Source: the human T2T-CHM13v2.0 reference genome, Homo sapiens. Taken from it: a stretch of DNA of 64,000 nucleotides. The position numbers and the translations under genes were made by a program. Positions 26,345 to 42,195 of the stretch are shown here, one piece after another. Where the stretch lies: the NCBI RefSeq assembly GCF_009914755.1, contig NC_060926.1. One strand, written 5' to 3'. The notes under the pieces are model-generated. The model made no database searches. It saw only the letters and a program-made list of their open reading frames with translations, and had not been told where the DNA came from. Within the stretch, counting starts at the first letter, position 1, and each line of letters begins with the position of its first letter.

Positions 26345-27862
26345 AAAACAGACATATAGAGCACTGGAATAGAATACGGAGCCCCCAAATAAATCCACAT
26401 AACTTGTTAACTAACCTTGGATAAGAGTTCCAGGACCATACAATGGGGACTGGATAGTGTCTTCAATAAATGATGCTGGGAAAACTGAAATCCACATTCA
26501 GAAGAAAGAAATTGGACTCTTATATCACAACATATATGCAAACTAAATCAAAAGGAATTAAAATTTAAACATAATCCTTGAGGCCATAAAACTATTAAGG
26601 AAAACCATAGGGAAAAGGCTTCTTGACATTGTCTGGACAATATTTTTTTTGATATGACACCAAAAATACTGGTAACAAAAACAGAAGTAGACAAGTGGAA
26701 AGACATCAAACTGAAAAGTTTATGCACAGCAAAAGAAACAATCAACAGAATGGAAAGGCAACTTATGGAATGGAAAAAAAAAACCTGCAAACCGTATATT
26801 CAATGAGGGGTTAATATCCAAATATATAAAGAACTAACACAACTCAATAGCAACAAAAAAACTGATTTAAAAATAGACAGAAGACCTGAATAGACATTTC
26901 TCAAAAGAAGATATATAAATGGCCAAGAGGTATGTGAAAAGGAGCTCAACAACACTAATGATCAGGAAAATGCAAGTCAAAACCACAAATAAGATGTCAC
27001 TTCACACCTGTTAGGATGGCTCCATTCAAAAAGACAAAAAAGAACAAGTGTGCGCCAGGATGAAGAGAAGAGAGAACTCTTGTATGCTTTGGATAGGAAT
27101 GTAAATTAGTACAGCCATTCTGTAAAACAATATGGAGATTCCTCAAAAAATTATAAATAAGACTACCATATGATCTACCAGTCTTACTTCTGTGAATATA
27201 TATCCAAAGGAAATGAAATCAGTATCTCAAAAAGCTCCTTGTACTCTTATGTTCATTGCAGTACAATTCACAATAGCCAAGATAAGGAAACAGCCTAATC
27301 GTCCATCAACAAATAAATGGATAAAGAAAATGGTCTAGATAGAGAGCCTTATTTAGCTTTTAAAAATAAGGAAATGCTATCATTTGCAAGTAATATGGAT
27401 GAACCTGGAGGACATTATGCTAAGTTCAATGAACCAGACACAGAAAGGCAAATACTGCAGATCTTACTTGTATGTGGAATATAAAGTCAAATTCATAAAA
27501 GGAGAAAGTAGAACAGAGGTTGATAGGGGCTGGGGTAGAAGAAATAGGAAGATGTTTGTCAAAGGATACCAGTGTCAATTACGAAAGATGAATACTTTCT
27601 GAAGACCTAAAGTACAGCAACATAAATATGGTTAACAATAATATGTTTTACTCTTTAAGTTTACTAAGGTTAAATCTTGTGTTCTCATCATACATACAAA
27701 AAGAAAAAGACAATAGTAACTATGTAAGGTAATGAACATGTTAAATAGCTACATTGTGGTGACTATTTGACAATGTATAGGTATATCAAAACATCAAGTT
27801 ATATACCTTAAATATATACTGTTATTATTTGTCAATTATACCTCAAAAACAGTAGAGAAAAA
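26345..27862 (+). mobile_element. L1MA (about L1MA9) 3' end
   Basis: aaaacagacatataga...gtcttcaataaatgatgctgggaaaactg...ggatgaacctggaggacattatgctaag...ttgtcaattatacctcaa. Confidence 0.9.
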
Positions 27863-28722
27863 GTCAGTTAGACTGGATTCAATCAAAAGAGTGCACATAG
27901 CAAGAAGAGATGATTTGAACAAAATAATACTAATTTTTTTGTCACTGCTTTGTCTAACAACTTTCCAAGAGTAATCTACCCTAAAGGTCTCCACCACCTT
28001 TCAGGAATATATCCACAATCTTGGAAAAATAATTTTCATAGATTAAAGATAACCATTACTTTTCATTCTTTATAGATTGAGTAAAATTTGAAAACATTGC
28101 TATACTACATTTCTTTTGTAAAAGAAGAGGCAATAAAACCAATGATTTAAGAATCGTGTGTAAATATCAAATGGTAACTATAATTAGATGACATTTTTAG
28201 AACAAGAATAAGAGAATGAAGAATTGTAATAATCCATAACCAATCAGCAAATAAATAAGCAAATGTATATTTATTATTACAACAAATAAGCAAAGACACA
28301 CACACACACGCAAACAAACGTATAAACATGACTGAGACCTTTCTAGAATAACCCAGCAACTGCCAGGGCTTCAGAAAGCATGAAGCATGAAGACAGACTG
28401 CAATTTATTACAGGTTAAATGTTGCTGAAGGGTGACCTTTTAACCAGATCATCCTCCACTATGTTACTCCCGATGAGTTTTTCAGAGCTATGCCCCTTTT
28501 CTGTAATTTCAGAGTTCCAGGCCATATTCTTATTCTGAAATGATATTACCTATCCTTGAATAGCTTGATTAGCTCTATTCTCCATAGTACTATAACCACA
28601 GAACTCAAGCTTTTGGCTTTCACCTTAGATTTGTTTAGATAAATACTATCAAGGCCAATCAATGACTGAATAATAAGTAGTTCTCACTGCTGCATTCATG
28701 CTGGCCTTATTTTGTGTTTCCC

Positions 28723-31338
28723 TAAATGTTGTTTACACACTGCTATAAAGAAATATGTGAGGCTGGGTAATTTATAAAGAAAAGAGGTTGAATTGGCTCA
28801 TTGTTCTACAGGCTGTACAAGCATGGCACCAACATCTGCTTGGCTCCTGGCGAGGGCCTCAGGAAGCTTACAATTATGGCAGAAGGTGACGTGGAAGCAA
28901 GCACATCACATGATGAGAGCAGGAATGAGGGAGAGAGAGCAATAGAAGAGGTGCCATACTCCTTTAAACAACTAGCTCTCAGATGAACTAACTAAGCAAG
29001 AACACACTCATCACCAAGAGGATGGCACTAAGCCATTCATGAGGGATACACCCCCATGATCCAAACACCTCCCACCTGGCCTCATTTCCAAAATTGAAAA
29101 TCACATTTCAACATGAGATTTGGAGGGGACAAACATTCAAACCATTTAATTCCACCCCTGACCCCCCTTGATCATTAATATTGAGTGTCAACTTGACTGG
29201 GTTGAAAGATGCAAAGTATTGTTCCTGGGTGTGTCTGTGAGGGTGTTACCAAAGAAAATTAACACTTGAGTCGGTAGACTTGGAGAAGCAGACCCACCTC
29301 AACCTGGATGGGCACCATCTAATCAGCTGCCAGCACAGCTAGAATAAACCAGACAGGAGAAGATGGAAGAGCAGACTTGCTGAGTTTTCCAGCATTCATC
29401 TTTCTCCTGTGTTGGATGCTTCCTGCCCTTGATTATCAGACTCCAAGCTCTTCAGCTTTTGGACTCTTGGACTTACACCAGTAGTTTGCCAGGTGCTCTC
29501 AGGCCTTTGGCACAGACTGAAGGCTGCACTGTCAGCTTCCCTACTTTTGAAGTTTTGGGACTCGGACTCATCCACCACTGGCTTCCCTGCTCCTCAGCTT
29601 GCAGACGGCCTATTGTGGGGCTTTACCTTGTGATCATGTGAGTCAATTCTCCTTAATAAACTCCCTTTCATATATACATATATCCTATTAGTACTGTCCC
29701 TTTAGAGAACCCTGACTAATACACCATCGAAATCGTATGTTCTTCTCACATTTCAAAATAAAATTATGCATTTGCAATAGTCCCCAAAAGTCATAACCCA
29801 TTTCAGCACTAACTCAAATGCCCCAAGTCCAAAGTCTCATCTAGAGATGAGTTCCTTTCACCTATGAGCCTGTGAGATCAAAAATAAGTTATTTACTCCC
29901 ACATATAACGTGGCACATTCCTATTCCAAAAAGGAGAAATTACCCAAAAGAAAGGGTCAATAGGCCTCACACAAGTCTGAAACCCAACAGATTGTCATTA
30001 AATCTTATACCTCCTAAACAATCTTCTTTGACTTCTGTCACACATCCTGGTGTGAGAAGTGGGCTTCCAAGGCCTTGAACAGTCCCCCACCATGTGGCTT
30101 TCCTAGATTCATACCCTGTGGCTGCTATCATAGTTTGGTGAGTGCTTGTGGCTTTTCCACACTGAGGTTGCAAGCTGCCGGTGGCTCTATTATTTTCAGG
30201 TCTAGAGGGTTGTGGCCCCCTTCCCACAGCTCCACTAGGCAGTGCCATGGTAAGGACTAGTGTGGGTGATCAAACACCATCTTCGTCCTCTGCACTACCC
30301 TAGTAGAATTTCTCTGGCAGGGGGTTGGTGGGGGAGCTCCACCCATGTGGCAGGCTTCTGCCTGATCACCCAGGCTTTTCCATACATCCTGTTAAATCTA
30401 GTTGAGAGTTGTCAAGCCTCTTTCACTCTTGCATTCTGTGTGCCTGCAGGCTTAACACCATGTGGAAATTGTGAAGGCTTACAGCAGCTTGTGCTCTCCA
30501 GATTGTATCTGGGACACTTGTACTTTCCCTAGCTGTATCTGTGGCTCACTGAGCCATGACTAAAGCTGGAGCAGTTGGGATGCAAGGAGCAGTGTCCCAA
30601 ATCTATGAATAGCAGTGGTTCCCCTGGCCTGGTCACTGGAACCATTCTTTCCTCCTAGGCCTCTGGGCCTGTCATGAGAGGGGCTGCCTTGAAGACTTCT
30701 GAAATGCCTTCAAGCCCTATTCTCATTGTCTTGAATATTAGCACTTGGCTCTCTTTTAGTCATACTAATCACTTTAGCAAAGTAGTTTTTCCATAGGCTG
30801 CTTGGATTCTTTCTCTACTACAGGGCTAGGCTGAAAATTTTCCAAACTTGTACACTCTGATTCCCTTTTAAATGTAAGTTCTAAGTTTAAGTCATTTTTT
30901 TTTGCTCCCGTATCTGATCATAGGCTTTTAGAAGCAGCCAGGCCACATCTTTAACACTTTGTTGCTTAGAAATTTCTTCCCCCAGATACCCTAGGTATAC
31001 CCTACTTGCTAAAGCGATTCTGCAGCTTTGCAGAAAGCATGGTGCTGACATCTGCTTCTGGTGAGGGTCTCAGGAAGCTTACAATCATGGAAGAAGGCAA
31101 AGAGGCAGCAGATGTGTCACATGGCAAGAAGGAGAAAGTGGGGCAAGGTGCCACACACTTTTAAACAACCAGATCTCACATGAACTCACAGCTGGAACTC
31201 ACTCATCACCAAGGGGACGGCATAAGCCAAGAGATCTACCTCTATGATCCAAACCCCTCCCACAAGGCCCCAGCTCCAACACATGGGATCATATTTAAAC
31301 ATGAGATTTGGAGGGTACAAACACCTAAATCACGTAAT
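28723..31338 (-). mobile_element. MSTA/B MaLR provirus: 3' LTR 28723-29149, internal region, partly deleted 5' LTR ~31017-31338
   Basis: Two similar MST LTRs; PPT complement ttccacccct at ~29150; MST-int motifs; near-TSD ttccc/ttcca; the 5' LTR/internal junction is deleted. Confidence 0.9.
29168..29723 (+). mobile_element. MLT2A2-type (HERV-L) solo LTR nested in MST-int
   Basis: ttaatattgagtgtcaacttga...gatgcaaagtattgttcctgggtgtgtctgtgaggg...ttaataaactccc...gagaaccctgactaataca. Confidence 0.93.
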
Positions 31339-32521
31339 TCCATGTCCTATTTTAGTTAAGCTTTTATTTTCTCATAAACCATATTTTACAAACCCAAAGA
31401 CTACAAGGAAAATATCAATTTGCATTCTGACACCACTACTGGCATACTCTGTGACTTTGGGCATGTCCATGTAACATTGATGAGCACAGTTTTCTCTTCT
31501 GTAGCAAGCACTCCTCTGCCTAATTCATATGACTAAAACAGTGCTTCTCAAACATATGGTCTCAGGAACCCTTTAAAATCTTAACAACTAGTAATGACCC
31601 CAAAAAGGTTTTTTATAATATGAATTTTATATATAAATATTTTATTGGAAGTCCACTTTTATGAAAATAACCTTTTTTCAAAAATTTCATAAGAAAAAAA
31701 TAGTATTATTTTACATATTTGAGGCATCTTTTTAATGCCTGGTTTAATAGAAGACAATTGAATATTCATGTCAACTTCTGGATTCGATCTGTTTCAATAT
31801 GTGTCTTTGGTTGAAATACATGAAGGAAACTTGGGATCATCAGACATATAGTTAGAAAAGGGTGGAGTATTTTAACAGCCTTTTTGGACAACTGTGGACA
31901 TTGTGCTTTGATATTACAACAAAACTGGAGAAGTGGTAGGTTCTAAATGATTAGTTGCAACATGGAATCTGAAACCACATCATGAACTATTTGTAATCTG
32001 GCATATTAAGATCTATTTATCTATCTTGCACTTTGAATGGATCCTTTGCTCATGCATCTTTTTGTAACATGAATCATCTCAAACACGTTGGTTCATTGAG
32101 TTATGCAGGGCTTCAAAATGTTAACATATTTCATTATACAATATTAAAAATCACATTTGTTAATATGATGATGGTTCTCATTAACGGAATCTTTAAATTT
32201 TGAAAAGCTGTCAAACTCATGGTGGTAGACACAAGTTTTACAAATTTTAATATTTATCAGAAAACTTGAATTTTATTATTGGCAAAGAAAGCTGTTAGTT
32301 GTTGTCCTTGATGAAACAGGCTCACTTTATTTTCATTCATTTTGAAGGAAACATTTGCTAAATACCCAAGCTTGAGCAGTCATTGTATGGCAGTTGTTCC
32401 TTGAAATAAAAATCCTGTTTTTTGATAAAAGCAGCTAGTTCAGCTTGCAGCTCAAAAATTGTACTAGTGCTTTTCCTTGAGAAAACCACCATACTTCGGT
32501 ATGGAAAAGAAATATTTTATG

Positions 32522-33762
32522 CCTGCAGTTTCCAAGCTGTGTGCCAGAGCACCCCCTAAAGCACCAACAAAAACTCACAGGAGCACCACAGGGTACTTAA
32601 AAATTTCAAGGGAGACACGGCATCATTTAGCAAATACTGGGCAATCTACTAGCTAGAGGTAGTTCAGTTTCAACGTTAGATCGCACCACATCCCTTTTAA
32701 GGATGCCATAGAATTGCCAAGTTGCATTTTCTGCAGTTGCTGTGATAAAAAGCAAGTTACTACTAGAAAATCAAAGTGCAACAGGACATGAAGGCAGCTT
32801 CAATCTGATTCCAAGGTTTGAGAAATTTGGGCAGTGACCAACAAACACGTTCCATTAGTAATTGACTTCTATGAATGACATAACATTATTTTTTCAAATG
32901 GCTACTAAGTGGAAGACAGTAATATTGATCATCCTAACCATATATAGGCCTAGGATAACATGTATGTCTTAGTTTTTCACAAAAAATTTAAAAAGTAAGA
33001 AAATTTAAAAAATTAAAAATAGAACATAAGGTATAGATTAAGGATATAAAGAAAATATGTTATATATCTGTATACTACATTTCTGTATTAAGCTATGTGT
33101 TATTTACAAAGACTCAAACAGTTACAAAAATGTAAAAGTTTATAAGATAAAAAAACTGACAGCAAGTTAAAGTTAATTTATTATTGAATAAAAAATAATT
33201 TATAAATTTAGTGTGGCCTAAGTACACAGTGTTTATAAAGTCTACAGTAATGTACAGTGAATGTCCTAAGCCTTCACATTCATTTACCACTCACTGATTG
33301 AGTCAACCAGACCACCTTCCAGTTCTGCAAGCTCCATTTATGGTAAGTGCTGTATACAGGCATATCATTTTTATCCTTTACATCATATTTTTACTGTAAC
33401 TTTTCTATGTTTAGATACACAAATACGTACCATTGTGTTCCAACTACACACAATATTCAGCAGAGTAACAAGCTGTGCAGATATGCAGCCTAGGAGCACT
33501 AGGCTATACCATGCAGCCTAGGTGTGTAGTAGACTATACTATCTAGGTTTGTGTAAGTATACTCTATGATGTTTGCACAATGACAAAATTGCCTAATAAT
33601 GTGATTCTTAGAGTGTACCCCTGTTATCAAGTGATGCATGACTGTACTTAATAAATACAACTGGTAGGATAGGTTGTGTTCTGAATTTTCTTTGGTATAG
33701 GGGCCAAAATAAAAAAAAAAAAACAATCACTAAGGCACTATGGAGAAAGCTTGGGAACCTAT
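32522..33762 (+). mobile_element. MER119-type hAT element split by Tigger3
   Basis: tttccaagctgtgtgcc...gaggtagttcagtttcaacgttagatcgc...ctgattccaaggtttgag; resumes tacttaataaa...aaagcttgggaacct; near-TSD attttatg/tatttatg. Confidence 0.75.
32911..33644 (+). mobile_element. Tigger3 (MER7/Golem) right portion
   Basis: gcagcctaggagcactaggctatacc...ctaggtttgtgtaagtatactctatgatg...tgcatgactg followed by TA. Confidence 0.88.
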
Positions 33763-34365
33763 TATTTATGTGTGCTTTCTATTTAATCACACAGAATATT
33801 AAACAGGTATGTACCCAAGGGTTGAGATAGTTAATGAAAGTAATATGTTTTGCCATTTCATCAAAGATCCTCTTAAGCAAAATTGTCTCCTTTTTTTCCC
33901 CTGAGTATTTGGTGTTGAAAAACTACAATAACTACTAGAATAGTTTGGCGCCATTGCCTTGATTCATGCTTTTAACTAAATTGTTTTTCCTTTACCAGTA
34001 AATGTCAACAAGTGAAAAAGGCAAATAATTATTCAGTGTTGTTATGAAAATAGTTTTGACCTTACAGAACTATTGAAAAAGGGACTTCTAGGGATCTGTT
34101 TACCATATTTTGAAAACCATTAAGTTAAAGGAATGATTAAATATAATCACTGTGATGATGCTTCACATAATGCAAATTGCAGGACAAATTCTACTTATTA
34201 ATTCCTTGCCTCTCTTTTATCTTATTGCATGAGTCTCTGCCTTAGAAACCAGTGGCCAAATTCTCGGTTTGTGAAGCTGTTCTTTGTTCGTAGTTCTTCT
34301 CAGAAGAAACTGTCTCTTCTTGAACTCTAGTCCCAGGCTTCTTGCAAGCTACTGACAGTGGTTCT

Positions 34366-34391
34366 GTTTTTTTTTTTTTTTTTTTTTTTTT
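34366..34391. repeat. poly(T) tract
   Basis: About 25 consecutive T. Confidence 0.95.
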
Positions 34392-36093
34392 CATTTTGTC
34401 ACTCTCAGACTCCTGTCAACTTAATCCACTCAATGAAGCAGTAATATTGGTTTCAAATAACAGAATATGATATTGGATAATACAGGCACAAAAGAAACTT
34501 ATTGAAAAGAAACGAGGTAGTTTACAAAACTGACTATAAGGCTGGCATGCCAGGCACAGGTATAAACCAAGGTAGGAAAAGAAGAGCCAAGATCAAGCCC
34601 AAGATAACTGCATTTGAAATGTCACTGCTGCTTCTAAACACTCACCCTCTCATCACTGAATTCTCGACTCCACCACAGCTGCCACACACAGATAACCTCT
34701 GACAGACTTTACACCTCTGTGTAATTCTCTCAAGATTCAATTCTCTGAGTGGGAACAAGTGATTGACTGTAGTTTAGCCATGGACCCATTCTCCAGCTGT
34801 CAGGAGACAGGGAGAATAAGTAGCTTTCCCTTTTCAACTTCTGACTCCTATCTATATAGATCTTTAACCAAAATAGACAGCAGGATGTTTGGTGCTGAGC
34901 CGTTAAATTGACAAATGTCAATACTATTCACTCTTTTAATGAACAGTATTTAAACACACACTTCTCACTTACAATTTTTAAGAATGCTTAACCTATCAAA
35001 AAAAATTCCCTAAGGAGATATATTTTTTAAAAAAATCAGTAATTCCATCTGGCTACAAGTTCAACATACCTGGTGACATCTGTTTCTCCTATCGGTATTT
35101 CTTTGTGATTATGCCATAATATTCTGAATCTACCACCCTCTATCCCTTATCAAATAGTTTGGGGGAATTTGAGGACAAAAAAGATACTAATTAAGTTACA
35201 TACTTATTTAATTAAGCCATAAAGAAAGAAAACATATGTCGATTCAATAGTACGTAGCTGTGCAACTGATGACTTTATTGTAGTTGATATTTATGATTTT
35301 TCTTTGCATATATGTACTTCTTATATTTTTCAAGTCCAGCAAGTACTTTTAAGTTCATTAAAGGCAATCTGCAGGTAAGTGTCTCAAACTTTTATTCCTG
35401 ATAGACCTGAGAATGGGAGGTTCTGATTATATAGGACTGAAGTGGTTTACCATTACCTTTTAACAGCAGTAGTACAAGGAGATGTTCCATGTTTCAGGGG
35501 AATTCTCTGTATGTCGTTCATAATCTTTATTACTCCCATTAGGTAGCAACGACTGTGTTTTCCCTGGAGAGGTAGACTCAATCACACTAGCCAACACTAT
35601 AATCCCTGTTTTGGCTTGTTTTCTTAGTGATAAGAGGAGCCTGACTTGATCAAGTGAAAATCTAGGAGTCTAGTTCAATGGAACTGTTATTGTGTCCCCT
35701 GATAAATGCATTCTTCCTTTGGCATTAAAATCTGTAAACCAGTAGAGCCAAGAGTAACAGGGATGGAAAGCAAAAAGTATGCAAGTGATTAATTAGATGG
35801 AATTATGACAGGTACCATTTTCAATTCCATCTCTTATTTACCTATTCTGTAATTTATAGCTGTGGGAGAATTAGCACCACATATTGACTGCTGGTTTAGA
35901 ACATATACTGTATCCAGAAGGACAGAAGTTGTTTTTCTAGCTAGCACCGTAACTGATCTTTGATGGCTCATTCCACTGTAGGATAGATAGGCTAGCTTCT
36001 TCAAGATGAAGGGTTACATTTACGCATTCATTCAATGTCTTTTTTTTAAACTATACAGTAAATTCACTTAAAAATAAATACTGTATAATTTAC

Positions 36094-38873
<2,780 letters not shown>

Positions 38874-40767
38874 TTACCATATATGAGAGACCAAGATGTT
38901 ACAAAAAACATACAGTAAGCCCTTGAAGTACTGACGAAACTGAACTAAGAGACAAGCAGGACTTATTTTCTGGTCCTGACAGGATGAAGTAAAGAAATGC
39001 AGAAGCCACCAGGGGTTGCTGAAAACACCTCTAGTTGTCCTCACTGCCCATTAGCATAAGACGCTCCCAGCAGTTCCATGACAGTTTACAAATGCCATGG
39101 CAATGACCTGCAAGTTACCTCCCCTTTCTATGGCAACAACCGGGAAGTGACACCCTTTTCTAAAGATTTCTGAAATAACCCACCCCTAATTTGCATGTAA
39201 TTAAAAATGGGTATACATACTGCTGCCAACAGCCCATATCCTGCTGACCCTGGGCACATTGCCTAGGAGTTAGCACTGCTCCACAAGGAACAGCTCTGGT
39301 TCAATAAAAGATTGTTGTCTAATACCACTGGCTCGCCCTTTAATTCTCTCCTGGGTTAAGCCAAGAACCCTCCCAGGCTAAGCACCGATTTCAGGACTCA
39401 CCTACCTGCTTGCATCATCCGGTGACCACAAAGATAATGAAGACGTCAATATGGCAAAGATGCCAATATGGCGATCAGCCATCAGTGAGATGGCAAGACA
39501 GCAGTTGGCTAGACAGTGAGAGATGGTGAGAGGGCAATCAGCTAGATACCCAGAGATGGTGAGATAACAATTGGCTAGACGGTGAGAGATGGCAGCAGTA
39601 ACAATAAAGAGGTGCTAACACTGCAGAGCTGTAACAGTAACCAAAGGCTCTTTGAAGAGCCATTATCTTTCCTGACAGGCTGTGGGGCCAATTGGATGGG
39701 TGAGCAGCCACAATGCTGCCTCCTGTGAGACCCACCAATCCAGTGGGTTGTTCACAGGACCACGGGCTGGTCCCCTCACAGCAGCCAAACCTACCCAAGC
39801 TGGGGGAACCTGGGGAAGACCTCCACCTTAGCCCGAAGTTGGAGAATGATCAGTGCCATTTTGGCTCCTGTGGACTGGTGAGTGTCCCCTCTACCCCCAC
39901 CAATATCAGGTGAGCCAAGATATTAGGGGCTCTGGCTAGGTAGTCAATTCAAAGTCCCCTGTAGCGTGCCTGACCAACTATATCCTTTGTCGTCCCTTCT
40001 CTTGGTCCTTTCTTCTCCAAAGCCATTACATTTTTCTGTCAGTCATTTTATTTCATTTTCTTTTCTGCTCTGATATTTATGTTTTGATTGCAGGAATTTT
40101 TTTTTCTGGCTTTAGCTCCCTGATAGTTTTATTTGGGTAATTATTTAAGCAGGACACCAGGTTGTAAGAGATCCCCAATTGTGTTGACTCTGGAATACCA
40201 GAGTCATATTGCTGTGTGGCCCCAATCAAGTGTTTGGGGTTCACTCATGGCTGTCCCCTGGATGTTTCAGGGTTTTCAGCATGGTCAGCCCCTAAATACT
40301 ACAGGATTTTTGTCATTTGGTTTGAGGACACTCATTGACTGATATTCAGGTGCTCCAGGTTTCTTGGCACTGAGTATCTTTGGCTGCCCCCAGATGCTCC
40401 AGAGTTCTCAGCATTTGCATTCCTTCTTGGATTGTAGGTTAGAGGCCCACTTGAGAGGAATCCCAGGCTTGTCTTTTCCTGATTTCTGCCCTAGAGTTTC
40501 ATCACTCTATTTTCACTTTTCCTTTTATACTTTGCCTAGTAAAAATATCTCTTTTGTCATATTTCATTTGCTGGCAAGCACAGTACTCTAATGCCTGCCT
40601 GTATCTCACAATCCATTTTTGTAGCACTTTGCTACCTATACTTACACCTTCTCTGCAGGAGGTAAAAATCTGAAAGAGAAGAATAATGAGAGCCCAGTTG
40701 CTTTTCCTCTTGCTAGACTTAGAAAAACTTCTGTGTCTCGTAAAGATACTTGTTACACACAAGGACA

Positions 40768-42195
40768 ATGGCAAGCATCCCAGAGGATTCACCACTAGGG
40801 TGTCTTCTGGGTAACTGGAGCAAATTCAAATCAGGCTTAAAGAAAACAAACTCATTTTCTAGTGTAACACCATTAGTGTGCAGTACACATTGGGAGACCA
40901 AAAAATTTATTCTAAAAATGGTTCTTCATGTCAAAATACTATTTGACAGTTGGACTTATTTTATTTAAAAAAAAAAGGAAAATCAGGAAGGTACCGTCTG
41001 TACAGACTTTTATGGCCTTTTACTGGCTTATGTTACTGCCAGGCACCCAGAAGCAACACCTAAGGGATCTGCTTCTAGCTGCTCCCTGTAGAAGGCCTAC
41101 ACCCTCCTCAGAGTCTCCTCAGTCCTCCAATCCTGAAGGGGGGTCCCATTAGTTCTATAATGCAGGATTCCACCCCTAGATCATCAGGCATCCCTCCCTC
41201 TTATCCAACTAGCCCCAGCCTATACCCCTTGTTTCTCAAAGAAGTAGCCCAATCAGTACCGCCAGGAGTGGGGCCCCATATCAGCCCCTAAAATTAAATC
41301 TGTGTCCATTGCAGGAGGTAGCTAATGGAGATGCAGGAACACTTTGAGTACAGATGCCATTTTCTATGTCTGATTTGGCTTTATGTGAGGAGAAATTTGG
41401 CCAGTTTTCAGAGAATCCAGGAAGTTTATAGAAGAGTTTGTTAAGTTGGCCATGTTCTTTGATTTAACTTGGCATGAATTGCCAGTATTGACATCTAATT
41501 GTTGTGCTGTGGAGGAAAAGTGGAAGATTCTGAGTGCAACCTGTGAACGTGCAGATGGAGTGGCCACATGTAACCAAGTCCATTCCAATGATCACATGAG
41601 AAGAGATGCATTTCCAGATCTAGACCCTCCTTGAAATAACAAAGGGGGTTCCCAAGATCTTGAACACAGAAATTACATGGTTACTTATTTAATAGAAGAT
41701 ATAGAAAAGTGTATGATTAAGCCAGTTAATCATGACAAGGTTAGAGAAGTAACTTAGAGAAAGAATAAAAATCCCACTCTGTTTCAGCACCATTTGGTTG
41801 AGGTACTTAGGAAATATACTAATGCAGACCCAGATTCCCTGGAAAGGCAAGCTCTCCTGGGTATGCATTTTATTACTCAATTTGCCCCTGACATTAGGAG
41901 AAAGCTACAAAAACCAGTAGTGGACCCCAAACTCCTATAAGCCAACCATTAAACTTGGCCTTTTTGGTTTTACAGCAATAGATAATAGCAAAAAAGTGGG
42001 AAAAAATAGAAAATGTAATAGGTAGTGGCTGCTTTAAGCCCTCTGCCACCTAGGGTTACCCATTCTGAAGTGGTGTCACAAGATCCATATCGGAGATGCC
42101 CAGATGAGAGCCCCCAGCTTGACAGCCCCTGGGCCAGAATCAGTGTGCCTACTCTGAACAAGAGGGCCACTGGCAATGAGAACATCCTAACTATT
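40768..42195 (+). pseudogene. gag: Decayed gammaretrovirus-like gag (MA, CA, NC zinc knuckle)
   Basis: MASIPEDSPLGCLLGNWSKF (MA); VQMPFSMSDL...FDLTWHEL (p30); NPTLFQHHLVEVLRKYT (MHR); GQNQCAYSEQEGHW (degenerate CCHC); many stops and frameshifts. Confidence 0.88.

Larger units (their letters stand above)
31539..34122 (-). mobile_element. Charlie1-type hAT DNA transposon (internally deleted) hosting two nested elements
   Basis: Both ends present: cagtgcttctcaaac...ggtctcaggaaccctt and gtgaaaaaggcaaataa...atgaaaatagttttgacc...tttgaaaaccatta. Confidence 0.85.

Noticed and set aside
29186-29325. DUX4 sites in MLT2A2
   Set aside because: The expected TGATTGGATTGA reads tgactgggttga; no intact TAAYYYAATCA seen.
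39480-39600. Repeated ttggctagac(a/g)gtgagagatgg units
   Set aside because: Short tandem duplications within the ERV leader, common in this group.
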